Source: Obrimoposthia wandeli (lineage: Eukaryota). Taken from it: 64,000 nucleotides of DNA. Position 1 is the first letter of the stretch, and each line of letters starts with the position of its first letter. Where the stretch lies: assembly GCA_977020255.1 (NCBI GenBank), contig CDROCS010001778.1, positions 372,001 to 436,000 of the forward strand. Reading direction: 5' to 3'. The notes beneath the pieces are model-generated. The model was not told where the DNA came from and searched no databases. It saw nothing but the letters and a program-made list of their open reading frames with translations. A program made the translations under genes and the position numbers. Below are positions 46,740 through 61,099 of this stretch, piece by piece.

Positions 46740-49700
46740 AATATAAAATATTAATCAACCCTAACAGCCTCAATTATTTTTCATATAGGAGTTATCAATC
46801 CAGAGAACCCGATTTTGTATCCATGAATTCTGATTTTAAGAATCCATTCTAATTTAGGGTGAGGTCCATCGATGTTTGAATTGTTAATTTTTATATTCTA
46901 TCTAACCCCACCTGATTGGTTGATGATTTGTTTGGTTGTATTCATGAATGTATGTTATTATTACTGATTTTGTTCATATCTCGTATGAGATGTATATAAG
47001 GATATATGAATAAGATATAATTTATAATAAAACTCTCAATTATAAAGCATATACTACCCAATATATATATATATATAGTATTACAAATCAAAATCGATAT
47101 ATACTTATTTTCGAATCATTGCTTCACAAGTATTTTATTGTACCATTATCCAGCACCAACCCTAGTTTTAGCCGTAACCGTAACCCTAACCCTATTATTG
47201 ATGTTTTATCTTACGAATTTATGCTTTAACAACCTAAATATTGTAATTTCCTGAAAGTGTCATTCATTTCTCTATTTTTCTCTTCTTAAACCTCATAACC
47301 ACCACGAGATTTCTCTCTACTTTAAGCCCAACTCTATACTTCTCCTTAAACCTCTCGATATTTTACCTTTATGAAACCTCTTAACCACCACGAGATTTCC
47401 CTCTTCTTATCCCTATAAAAATAATCTATTTTTTAGTAACATCTATTCTTATTGATTAATCTAAGTCTCAGTTTTATATAAACGAAGATATATTTAATTA
47501 AATATGCGAGCTGATTTATACCAACGTCCCCGTACTTTTCATGGATATGCATTTTCTCAAGAAGCCTATCACAATTTTATATATCGATGGGAAAATTCGA
47601 TTACTTAATTTCTGATATTATTAAAGAATCGATCAAATACTTACAAAAATCAATTTATCACATGCAAGAACCAAAATCCAATATTATGATTTCATTTTCT
47701 GAAATATCAATGAATCAAAACTATATGTCTACCCTACTGGATTACAATGGAATATACAAGATCGGAGCCAGTGGATTAGTGACTCTTGTTTAGACTCTAT
47801 GGAATTAACAAATAAAGGTATGCATTTTTATTTTCTCCTTTATATTTATTAATATTTATTAAGAAGTCCGAAAGTAAAGGTTATATTGATAGAAATATTG
47901 ATATTTATTGAATTAGAAGATTTATGAAACGATAGTAATGCATAGATATATCTTAATAAAATTCTGAGAAACTATGCTATCTTTAGAAATATTAAACTTA
48001 TCCCCTAATGAAGATTCAATAATCAATAGCTACTTGTTAGAATATATGAATCAATAAATACTTATGATGAATTATGTGCATTATTGTTAAGGTTTTATCG
48101 GAATTTACAACATGTGTTACGATATAGATGAAATATGCGTATTATTGCTAGTTTTTGTATAAGATTCTTTAGGGTATAGAGGATCTGTTATAATGAATTG
48201 TATGTGGGCTTGTATAATAATCTATTTAACTTTCAAAACATCTAGGTTTTCTCCATAATTAGCTACATTACTCCACTTTATACTCTAAATCTCAATGATA
48301 TATTAGAAATATCATTATTCCTATTATCAGCGATTTATGATAGTAAGAATGGATTTTGATAATAATATTGATAATTTCAGTGTTTCAATAATCAATATGT
48401 ATGGTAATATATGAATTTATAGTATTTGGTAATTTCTCTGAAAGTTAGGGTTGAAAATTTTTGAAAGAAGATTCATGAAACGATATACATGTTAGTAATG
48501 TATAGATATGTTTAAAGTTAAACAAATACAACGCAGAATATTTCAGTCAATCAAAATTGATGTATAATTAATGGGAAATGATGTATGTTATTTAAAAACA
48601 TCCATCATTATGTCTGCTTTGATGAAAGAGGTATGCTTGATATTGATCTGATTTCATTGATTCTATGCTATTCTCTCCTTAACCCCTAATACTTGTTATA
48701 TTTTTACCTCTAAAACCTCTTAACATTCCCAAGATTATCCTAAACTACCACCTTATTTTCATCTTTAAACCTCTCAACTTCCATAAGATTTCCCTAACTA
48801 CCACGAGATTTTGCTAACTATCACGTTATTTTCCTCTACTTAAACCTCTCAACTAGCACGAGATTTCCCTAACTACCACGAGATTATCCTCTAATCATCT
48901 AAAATTACTTATAATAATCAAAATCATTAATTCCCCTTTATGCGGAATTATCTTCTATGTATGAAATCTACCCTACATCTGCAGCAATCCGGGGGTATGT
49001 CCCTGGATAATGAGTTAAAAAGTCCAATGGAATCCTCCTAGAGCCCTCTAAAAATATCAAATTGGATGAAGATATCATTAATTTCCCCTCTAGAATCACG
49101 ATCATCTATGATCACCTAAATATCATAGATTTCTTGAATATATCATTAATTTCTTTTCTAGAACCATCAGAATATCATAAATTTCCTGAATATATCAATA
49201 ATTTCCCCTCTAGAATCACTTAAATATCATATATTTCCTAAATATATCATTGGTTTCTCTTATCTTACCACTTAAATGACATTGATTTCCCGAAGATATC
49301 ATACATTTCAACTCTAGAAGCATCTAAATATTGTAAATTTCCTGGATATATAATTAATGCTTCTTCTAGAACAATCTAAATATCATGAATTTCATGAACA
49401 CATTGTTAATTTCTTTTCTAGAATGTGCTAAATATCATGACTCTCCTTGAACATATCATGACTTTCTCTTAAAGAACCATCTGAATATCGTAAATTTCCT
49501 AGATATAACATTAAAACGTCTTCTAGAAATACCTAAGTATCACTAATTTCTCTTCTATAGTATCTTGCAAGCAAAATTATCAAAGCAGTCTTCTTTGCAT
49601 AATAAAGTCTTCCAATATTATTTTCTAAGATTTTCAAGTATATCATGTAATTCATTCGGGATACTTTCACCTTCTTCTATCCAATGAGTAGAGCTCACGA

Positions 49701-52260
49701 ATTATTTCTCAATCTAATTGATTAGTTACCCGGATAAATCTCTAACCGGAGAAAATTGGGATTAACAAAATAGAATTACCCCTCGGAGTTAGTAATGTTG
49801 ACTGATAAATATCCTTCCCCCGCGTATACCTTCTTGGAGGAGATATTGATAGGTTCCATCATCGGTGATATTCTTGTTGTAAACACATCTGTAGATATGT
49901 CTAATTAAATCATATAAAGAGATTCATACTTTCTCCATCATATTGATTACATTTTGGTAGAGGTTATTTATCGGTGAACAGTCTCTGATATCGCCATATG
50001 GACTAAACTTTCAATAAGACTATTAAACTGAATCAAATACACACTCCATCAATGTATGCTGAACCCTAAATGTCTCTAATCAATTGAAAAATGCCAAGCA
50101 ATGCTCACAAATATCATATAATATCATATAATGTCTCCTTTAGAAGCACCTAAATATCATAGATTTCCTAGACATATCATTAATTTCCTGAGCATGTCTT
50201 TAATTTCACCCTTAGAATCATCTAAAGTTCATTGAATTTTCTCAAATATTGATATTATCCTATCAATAACCCATTTGTGACGGATTAGATAATATAAATT
50301 TCCTGAGGATATCATTAATTTCCCGATTTACCAGTTTAGCCATTTTCCTATAATTCGTAATACTTTCTAACTCATCAATTTCAGAGACTCCTTATTTAGT
50401 AGACATTATATATATATAAATTATCAAATAATGACAGAATATTTAAATATAACTGATACTTCAACGGTCTTAGATCAATTACAGTGATATACTATAAATC
50501 GATTATTAAGTATGGGGAAACTGATATTTCAAAAATTAACCAAATAGCTTGACCGCTAATACTCTGATTATCTTTACCTAAATTACTGTGACATAATAGT
50601 GGAAGTTGTTAGAGTGAGTTACAGCTACATTATTGATTCAAATCATGTATCCCATCTTTATGATAGAAATATTGACAAAGATAGACATTTAGGTAATATC
50701 ATATTAGAATATTACAAATCTCATATAACAAAATCACTAAATAACACATAATTTCTTCTCTAAGAAGAGAAGAATAATATGGAGGTTAAGAAGAGGATAA
50801 TTTCGTGGTAGTTGAGGGATTAAGTAGAAGAAAATTAACTAATCATCTATGCTTAAACCTAAATATCAAAAATTTCCTGAACACCTTGTTAATTTCTATT
50901 ACCCATATCTTCTAAATATCATACATTTCCTGAATTTACTTCTTAACCAACTACGTATTATCAATTTCTCTTCTAGAAGCATCTAGGTAATATCTCCTCC
51001 GAACCGTGAATTTGTCTTCTATATCATTTTCTCTTCTAAACTCCTACTAAATTGTTAATATCTATGCTTAAATTTGCTTCTAAAACACTTTATTCTTTCT
51101 TCTAGAACCACCTGGGTAAATCCCCATCTGAACCCACATTTAAGAATATAAATTATGTCCGCCGTTAATTTCCTCTCTGAGAACTTCCTTTCTATATTTT
51201 CTCTTCTGAAACCAATAGCCCCATTTAAATTCTGATGTAAACCTATTTTAAGCCTATATTCCCTCTTCTGAAACCTCTTGAGCTAAATTATCTTGTAAAA
51301 CCCTTTTACCTGTTTAATTTCCTCTTCTGAAACCATCGCCCTGTTAATTTCCACTCCCTTTTCTATATTTTCTCTTCTAAAACCAATACTCTAATTAAAT
51401 CTTCCAAATATCACAAATTTCCTTGTTAATTTCTGTTTCCCATATCCTCTAAACATCATACATTTCCTGAAATCACGTCGTAACCACCTAAATATTGTAA
51501 ATTTATCTTCCAGAACCATCTTGGTAACATTACCTCTGAACCAACAATTTGTTTTCTATGACATTTTCCCTTCTAAAATCCTTCTAAGTTGTTAATATCT
51601 AAATTTGCTTCTAAAACCTACTAATTTCCTCTTCTGAAACATCTTAAATCATCCTCTGAACCCCTTTACAGGTTATATTTTCTATTCTGAAACCAACACC
51701 CCCGATAAATCCCCCTGTAAACCCATTTTAAGTCCATATTTTTCTCTTCTGACAGCAATACTCTCGTTAAAATTTCGAAATATCATAAATTTCTCATATC
51801 CTCTAAATATCATACATTTCCATTAATTACTTCTTAACCAACTAAATATCATCAATTTATCTTCTAGATCCGTCTGAGTAATATCTCATCTGATCCATCA
51901 ATTTGTCTTCTATGTCATTTTCTCTTCTAATTTCTTGCTAATCAGCTAATATGATAAACATCATACAAACTTATTAATTTTCTCTAATAATCATTAATAT
52001 TTCCTCTAAACCATCTTAATATCAGATAATATCACATCTCGGGGAATTCTCTTCTATAAACATATCGTTAATTTCCCCTCTGAATACATATGAATCAATT
52101 TCAATATGAATCAATACATAATATACTAGTAATATTCCTCGTAAAACATCATTCATTTCCTGAACATCTCATAATTTTCTTCTAAGCCAGACTTATGCTT
52201 ATTCTTTTAGAATCATCTAAATATCATAAATGACATGAACATCTAGGATAATGGATTAGT
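46740..52260. repeat. Cryptic degenerate repeat tract
   Basis: Recurrent motifs aaatatcat, atttcct, ttctagaa, ttctcttctgaaacc and ctaccacgagattt at irregular spacing. Confidence 0.6.
49560..50100 (-). pseudogene. Polinton-type DNA polymerase B relic
   Basis: LQEGIRGG motif (49817-49840) and upstream YMI*LDISTDVF, resembling pPolB YxxxDVxxLxDVF. Stops present. Confidence 0.45.
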
Positions 52261-53178
52261 TAAAATGGATATAAGAACGAACTGATTAAATGGAAATATG
52301 ATTTACGAGTATTTTGATATTGTCATTCTGAAAAACTGTATGTCTACAACTCTTCTGTATTTTCTCGTTTCGATTCTGTCCTTACTCGCTTCTGTTATTT
52401 CAATGAGTAAGTTACTAACGTGTTCAAATGGTTGCTTAAAGACAATGCCTTATTTACGATAATTTATTTGTCTATTATTTTGTAGTTTTTCCTCGCACAC
52501 GCGCAATTATATGAACACGAGAAAGTACTTTTCGTTGTTCATTCGTTTATATCGTCTGTCGTGTGCACTTCATTCCATTATGATTCATTTATATATTACC
52601 AGTCAGGGTTACATTTTAACATTTTCCTATTTAAATTTGTTTAAAACTTTATATTAATTTATTTTATTGTTATTGTAACTATTTGTCGGTCACAATTTTT
52701 CCATAAATACATGGATGCATTATTGCATTCTCGATTCTCAATTCGCATGCGCTAAAAACTTCTTGACAATAGTATAAAAGGAAAATTTCAACAAAAATGT
52801 AATCAGTTAAAAATTAGCCCGTTTATGGAATTTATGTGTTTGCACAACATATATTAACTTCTTTACACAGCTTTTGTATTTAACTATGTGGATTACTGGA
52901 TTTGTATTGATTGATAACAATCTACCAGTAGTCAAAAAGCAACCCATACTAAAGAAGTATTGTTATATTTTATAATCGGTAATTGAAATTACGATATTTC
53001 AAAGAAAACATTAATTATTTTCTAAGAGGTAAGTTTACTATTATATTTTTAAATTCTTATAAACTCATCTCAGATATATCCTGAATTGTATTAGAAATTG
53101 TGATGCCTGTCAAACTAAGAGTCTCAAATACAACCATTAAGAAAGGACCGCAAACATTTTGATTAAATATATTCTTTC

Positions 53179-53243
53179 TCACAAACTAAGATTACAATCA
53201 CAAACTAAGATTACATTCACAAACTAAGATTACATTCACAAAC
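53179..53243. repeat. 19-bp tandem repeat (~3.4 copies)
   Basis: tcacaaactaagattaca(a/t). Confidence 0.9.
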
Positions 53244-54299
53244 ATTTGAAAAATCTGTTGACACACATTTGCAATTCTGTTTTTCAATCGCTAAAATACA
53301 CTTTTGTTTAGTAAATAGCCGTAAGATATGCTGCAGAATTGTAAATGTGCACTAAATGGTCACAGCACGATAAAGAAGAAGGGCAGTAGATGGAAGAAGT
53401 CATTCCATGTCGGGGTGGATCTTGTAGGACGAGGGCAGCTGCTTATGTGGGAGAAGATAGTGGCTACTCTTACACTCGTAGGTATGTCGGTCCTCGTAGG
53501 GTGGCATGTGGTTCCAGCTGGTGTACATCCACCGTTGGCGTCTCAGCTCTGGACTCTGCAGGTTGAGATAACGCAATCTCGGCTCGCCACTGACGTCTGT
53601 TGAGAAGAGCGGATGTGGTGGCTTCGACAACCAGTAGTCCTGTTCCCTGCAACTTGTAGTGTCAACTACCAAGTCTTAAGGACTGCACAATGGACCCCAC
53701 TTTATAAACCCACTGATAATAATTCCACCCGATTAATGCATTCACATTGACTTGGGACGGAATTTCTACCTCGATTAATAAATCCATCTGTGAATACGTT
53801 GCTTTCACTCGACTTCTTCGTTAGGACTCAACATTTGTGGTGTTGACATACAATAGAGCTGAAATGCGATTTATAAAACACAATGAATTTATAAACCCGG
53901 GTACACTATATTAGAATTACATTTGCTTATTTATGAAATAAGTTTGTTAAAAAAGCTTTTAACTGTCACAAATGCCTTGGTACTAGATCAGGGCCGAGTA
54001 GGTTTTTATCGTCTAACCCTCCAAACTAATCATAAGTAACTTTACGATTCGATCCGTGGGACAAATTAAAGCAGAAAAATAATGAAAGTTTTCTTGCTAA
54101 TATTGACTTTTAGCCTATGGTGAAGTCATTAACTCTCTGCACGAGGAATTCTCGCTGGAGATTTCTAACTGTTGAGTCCTCCCTTAGACATCCCAGTGGA
54201 TGATGTTCCCGCTTCCTTGCAAATATACTTGGTAGAGATACAATGCAATGGCAAACTGAAAACAAAGTTTTGCAACTTATCACACATCTCCTTCTTTCA

Positions 54300-54480
54300 T
54301 GATATCATCCTACCTTCTGGCTAATTCCCACAATTTATTGAACGCGCTCAGCGCATTCTGGAAATATTCAGAAGAACATTCACTTGTGAATAACTGTTCT
54401 CGAGAATAAAATACACAAAGTAACCCCTTTACTCTCAGCTCTCTGACTGTCATTTAAATTACATTCTTATATCATCACTG
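54300..54480 (+). pseudogene. hAT C-terminal dimerisation-domain relic
   Basis: FPQFIERAQRILEIFRRTFTCE*LFSRIKYTK...LSDCHL resembles FPxL...FGSTYxCEqlFS. Confidence 0.65.
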
Positions 54481-54779
54481 ATTCACAGCCCCCCACACTA
54501 CCCATCTCATTAACATTTTCATTCTTTGTTGAAACTTATGTCACTGTATACATAAAATTCCCTTTTTGTTAGTGACTTTTGTTACTATAAAGTTGGCTCA
54601 CCCCTGTACTATATTTACCAATCAATCTTCACACTTAATCTTACGATCAATATTTATCAATATAATTGAACAAGTAAGTTCTGCTTATGTTCTATTATAA
54701 TTATTCAAATTATTAGTATAAATAACATTTTAATTCTCGAAAGTTTGTCCAAAGGATTATTATCAGATGTGTATATCCC

Positions 54780-55810
54780 GGAAACAGGGCTCGAGGAGGC
54801 TTCAATCCCTGATTTGTGGCATAGCCTTAACATTCGTTTCTTTGTAAGAAATTTAAGTTTCTTTAGACACAGAGCTTTTAATTTGGTTGTTATTACAGCA
54901 GTGTTAGGACTTCTTCAATTCAAGCTATATTTTCTGGCCTCAGTTGCAACCAATGGATGGGTTTCAAGGCTACGTCAGAATGGTTAGGACCCATCACGGA
55001 CGATGAAGGATGAATCAATTCAGTCTTAATATCTTGTGAAAAAACCTTTGCCAAATATCAAAAGTACACTTAGATAAATATATTGACAAATTTAAAAATC
55101 TCATCACTAGTGATCACATACTTTCTTTATAGAACTGCTTTTATAAGTAGTGAAAAATTCTTTATTTGAAAATGTAGGTTCATTAAAGCCCCATTCTTTA
55201 AAACTTGCACATACGTGTCTGATTACTATAAATATAATGAGAAGCAGAAAAAAAAATTCATATTCATATTTAAAATAAACCTTTAACTTTCGTACAGTCG
55301 ACAATTTAAATTTCTTTAGAAATTTCTATAGTTTTTTATTTCAAAACAATATTAAACATAAGACCAAGGAAGAAAGTGCTACTAACTCCAGTTCATACCA
55401 GTTATTGAATTTCATCATGTTTCCTAAACTATCAGAGGCAGAGTTAAAATCTGGAATATTGATTGGGCCTGTAAGTTAGAAAGATAGTGTTAAAAGAGCT
55501 AGCCTTGAAAAAGGTTTTGTTGAGCTTGAAACCAAATTACATCAATTAAAATGAATGCTCTATAAGCATTTCAGCGAGCTGTTCAATATTGTTTGAGAAA
55601 CAACAAAATGGAAAATTACAGAGAACTGATAGTTGGTTTATTCAAACTTTATCATACCCTTGTCTGCCAGATGTTCATACAATTCCATTACTTACATTCT
55701 CATATGGAGACATCGGTGAAGGATATGGTGAAAGGTTTCACCAAGACACACAAATGATGGGAAATATAAATGCATAAAAGAGGGATAATGCGATTATGTG
55801 AGATTGTGTC
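54780..55810 (+). pseudogene. Chapaev3-like (CMC) transposase relic
   Basis: FPKLSEAELKSGILIGP and GDIGEGYGERFHQD resemble GIFVGPQIR and SDEHGERFHQD motifs. The family assignment is from memory. Confidence 0.5.
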
Positions 55811-57793
55811 TGATGCCTAGCTCGTTTTGACAATACAATTTATAAACGCATTTGTACACCAATTTTTAACCGTCTATTTCTATTATGTGTAAATGCAATA
55901 AATTATAGACGGACAGAACAATTTGTAATCAAGCAAAATGAAACATGAATCAGAGTGAAAATGATTGGAAATAACAATAAAAAATCCGTAACCATTTTCA
56001 TAATCAAGACCATCAAATTAGTAGAAAAACATTAAAAAATATTGATTTGGTTAACTGTTATTTGTTTTTATTTTAAATAAAATTATAATTAAAGTATACT
56101 TAAATCGTTGTACAATTTTTTTAAGATTTTAAACAAAAAATACCATTGAAATTTATGCAAAAAGCGTCATCGTAGGAGGAAAAATTATTTTTGTTTTATA
56201 ATATTGATTCGATATTAATGAGTAAGAAATTTAATATTTTTTACAAAATTCCCTAAATTCGCATTATTTGTCCAAGAGAAATGAAAACTCTCTACTATCG
56301 GGAGCAGGGTTTTCAAAGCTTACAATACACTTGCTATCTTTTAAAAAAATTTCAAGAATAAACAACTACTTTTAGACATGACAAATTTAAGCGGACCCTT
56401 GAAAAAGATTTGCTATAGCGGAAATATAGAAATATGCATTTGAAATAATCGATGTTGTGCTTAGAGATTATGGTATATTTATGAAATTTGATACCGTATC
56501 GGCCCGATTTAAAGACTATGCTAAATTGAAACTTTTGGGATTTAAATATTTTGGATTTAATATTGATGCTTCTCAATTTTCATTATATTTCTGTTCATAT
56601 ATTGGGATATCCTCATTGATTAATTGAGGATCATTTATTGCAAACATATTTGCCGTTCTTTTCTAAAGATGATATATTTACTTCGGTTTCTTAAAACAAT
56701 TAACCATGATGGAATTTTGCATGATGTTCCATGCCGAAAATATCCATTTTTTTGAATGTTTCAGTGTGACAATTTTTATTTGATTTTCAATATCGGAGGA
56801 TGATTTATTCGAGGATATGAAATGATTTAATAATAACTAACGATATTTCATCTTCATTTTCTTTAATCAAGCGGCTGAGTCGCAGAAAAAAGGTTAAGGG
56901 CTAAATAGACTAATTTGGCATTTTACAATTCTACTTCTGGATGATATGAGGCATTATCCGAAAGAAGTAAAAACTTTACGAAAATTTTGAACATAATCCG
57001 TACAATTGTTTGATAGCTTTCAGGCCTTAGAATTAGACTTCGAAATTAAATCATTTTGTAGCTTTTAGTAAAAGCACGAAGCATAGAAGCTTTACCGATT
57101 ACTTTTGGTGAAATTCTTTCAGTTTGCCAAACAAAGAACGCAAATTGCTACACGTTCTTTTGCTAACAGTCCCTCTTTGGATTCTTCTCTTTTAGGAACT
57201 AAACATTTTTCGGGAATCCTACAATATTCAGTCTGGTTTAAATTTCAATTTTCAAGAATTGTTTCCAGTTTTCTACGACTTGTTTATCAAGATAAGCACG
57301 CTCCTTAAATAGGGGTTTGAAAAAACATCATGTATTTTTCAAAATTTTTCAAGTCAACCATTTGAGGTTTAAAAATTATCCAATTTTAATATTTCAGCTT
57401 CTTTTTATGCTTTTTCCCGGTATATTGGTCAAGATAATAGATTAGATCTGGCAGCTGTAAGCCAATTATAAATACTTCATCGAAAATAGAACTTTTGTCT
57501 TAGTCTTGATAGAATCTTTTTTGTATTTGATTCATTTTTAAGAGCCTTTCATATAATACCATCTTTTTACTTTTTCGTGTTAAATACGATATCAATACTG
57601 ATATTGCGTACAAATACATAAAAATACAAAATACAGAAGCGGAGATGAGAAAAATAAATTGCATAAATTGCATAAATTTTTATAACATATGCCCACTTGG
57701 GCAAATTATTAGCGATATAAGAAGCCATTTCTGATGGATTTGTAAAAACAAAAATTCAATTTTAAACAAACAGTAAAGAATAAACCAGCAAAA

Positions 57794-60700
57794 TTACGAA
57801 TTATTCCAGTTTATACTGAATGATTTTAGTTTTATTGGTTGTTTTATTCTATATAAGTTAGTTAAAAATCGTCCATAACATCCATAAAAAATTATTTACA
57901 TCATAATTATTCATTTCGATTAAGTGTAAGAGTAAGAATAAAATGACAAAAATTACAATTTTAATTACAAATTGGTTAAAAATCATGCACGTGGGAGTCT
58001 CTTACTTGTGGATTATATCCAAAAGATGCTGAAGAAACATTCTGTCGTCTGTACTCAGCTCTGGATTTTCAATCAGGCGCTTGAAAAAGCCCACAGCTGT
58101 TAATTTCTCTGCAAAAAACACAGGGGAATCTTTATTTTACTGTAAATATAGATTGACGAAAATTGTTTACATTTACTCGATTTCTCCAAAATTAGTGTTT
58201 ATCAACTTTCAATATTAAGTGCTGTTCACTCGACTCAAATTTCTCGTTACAAATACCTTATAACTCCTTACAAAATATCATGGGTAATAATTTACTTGAT
58301 TTAAATTTATTTCTTAGCGTTACTATCATTTTTTGCATTTATTGAAATTAATCTTTTGCTGTAGCTTTACAGTAATTATTCACCTGTAAGGGTATTCATT
58401 AAAACATGTTTTTGAGAGAGACCGACACCGAATCACTTATAGATGCATTATTTAAAAGCTTGGAAAGGTACTATTATAGGTGAAGCGTGAAATTTTTGGT
58501 GACCGGACACCCTTATAGGTGAATAATTACTGTATTGCTTTCTAGCATGTTAATGTTTACAAAGGTGCCAAAATAGTTTTTTTAATAAGATTTAAAGACT
58601 TTTAGAAAAACGTTTTTGTTGTTTGCAACAGCATTAAGTTTTTAGTGAATTTAATTACAAACCGAGGTTTTAGTCTCAAAACTGGTTTCCCCTAAAAGGT
58701 ACCCAATAGGGAAGGTTGGCAGAACTGGTGTGTTTGACATCTTTTGATTTGCTAATTTAAACGGTTGACTAAAACAGGGTTTAGTTCTAGAAACGTATTT
58801 TTACGCTTATTTTAGCATGCGAGGTTTTTTAATTTTTAGATTCCTGAAGATCGCCTAAATTTCATTTAATTTTCTGTAGAATTCATCTTAAAAATATCTT
58901 TATTCTTATATAATTCGATTAAACATAAAATAAGGAATTTCTTAAAAATTAAGCTAACGATCATTATTATAAAAAAATATGAAAGTAAAATTACAAAATT
59001 TAGAGCCATTAATTTATATTTTAAACATATTATACGAAATGTCTTTATACTAAGAGTTTAAGATTAAAGTTTGTTTTAAATATAAGAGCATTTCGTATTT
59101 TTAAATTTATAAATATTTTCGTTTTTTAATAAAATAAAGTAATACATTTTTCAGCAAGGATATAAGAATTATGTTGTGAATAACTAGGAATTGAAGTTGT
59201 TACTGATTTTTTGAATCACAATGTATATACAGCGTTTAAATATGAGAAATTTTTTATTCGCTTAGAATATACATATTTGCAACTATCATTATAGGATATG
59301 AATTAATCAACATCTTCCGCTAATAGACTAATAAATTTGTATAAAAAAATAGAAAACAAAACTGATGCAAATTGGAATTTATTTTTAAATGTACTACAAT
59401 TTGATTTTTTAATTTCCTTAATGATTTGAGAAATAAATTTCAAGAATTCTAAACATAGGAAATCTTTTTATTTTTTTTTAATTTGGCGTCATTTTGGGTA
59501 TTAATATAGTTTTGAAGATTGTCTCTATTTTGTCTTCTGTTGTCGTTTTCGTTCTCTCCTCGCTTTGTATTTATATAATGATAATAAATATTTGTATATT
59601 CAAACGAATATCAAATTTAAACATGGACCGACGGGTTTATATGAGCTTCCAGGAATAATTTTTAAAAACACAATTTTTATTTTTGTTTTAATACAAATAA
59701 TTGTTATATAATTTACATGGATTTATTTTGTTTTATACGAAAAGTTTAAATAACAGTGATTTTTACAACCAAGTAAGAGTGCTCTGAATAACGCTCCTAA
59801 TAGTTTAGCAACATCTTCAAGTATCCCACAACATTAAGTAATACGAATAATATACTAATTATTTTTCGATGGAAAGATGTACATAAATTTATATGGTCGT
59901 AATCCTAAACTGATCGTCATTGCGTACAGTGATAAGTTAGTAGCTTTAAAGAATTCAGTTACAATAGCTAACCTGTTACTTAAGATATTAGACAAATTTG
60001 ATAAAGAACCATTGATATTTCAGATAGTTATAAAATAAGATAAATGGCCGAACTGGATGGAATTATTTACGTACGAATATTAAAAATTAAAATATGATTA
60101 ATTTAGAAAATACAATGATTACGATGTCAAACTTAATTAGATTTCTATTTTTATAAATGTTGTATTTTTATTATAAATTTATACGATATATTTCGTAGAA
60201 TTTTTAGATTTGTTTTAATAATTTTATAATTAGGCTCATAATAGAGGTACAAAATTCGAAATATTTTAAACTTGAAAAGTTAGTGGTATTTTAAAATAGC
60301 AATAAAACAGATGTTATATCTGTAATCGACACTTAAGAGTAAATATGAAACCGATGGCTGGATATTGATTTTAGAAATAAAACCAAACTAAACATGACAC
60401 AAATATAAACGTAAAGTTATTCAAATGTGTGTTCTCAATTTTTGTAAATAAATCATCACGAATTGCTAGAGAAGACAATCAGCGTCGACTCACCTTCGCT
60501 TGAGGCCACAATCAACCAATTCCGGATCTTCTTTTCCGCATCCGGCATAAGTGCCTGGCGGAGACTGACCTTCAAGACTTGAGCATTCGAAAGGAACATG
60601 GACTTGATAATCACTCGTTTCTCATTAATTGACGCGTTCTGCAACATTTTCGAGACACTCCACTCTTTCACCACTCCCATCTCTTTCCATCTTTGCTTAT

Positions 60701-60805
60701 CTCTTTCTGCTTTTGTCAACTTTTTCGTCTCGACTGTCGGGTTGGTTTCTGACATGCCCGGTTTTTGTGGCCTCGATTTGGCAGCCGTAGGTTCTGGTTT
60801 GGGGA
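57794..60805 (-). CDS. Putative spliced host gene of unknown function (3' exons)
   Basis: Exons 60494-60805 (tttcag / gtgagt), 58006-58108 (ttttttgcag / gtaaga) and 57794-57815 (tcattcag, TAA). Phases 1, 1 and 2 join into one open frame. The first two exons are GC-richer like the collagen exons. The 5' exons were not found. Confidence 0.65.
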
Positions 60806-61099
60806 CTGAAACGAAGGTGAATTGAATATTTATCGTTAGTTAGCACTTTTTATTTCGTTCTCTACCAGATTTCTCTTAGGTTTATGTTTTAGTGATTTAA
60901 TTCCAAAAGGGACTTCTTGAGTAATTGTGTTAGAAAACAAAACTAAAATGCAGTTGAGTGTACATTATCGTACCTTTAAATTTATGGCACTATTTTCAAG
61001 ACACAGCATAATAAAATATTAAATCAAAAGGTAAAAAATCTTCTAAAACTGTTTATTTTGGTGTTTTTTCTTAGTTCTTCATCCTTATTTTGTGGATCA

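Noticed and set aside
47160-47195. Telomere-like taaccc repeats
   Set aside because: Only about 2-3 imperfect units, compatible with chance.
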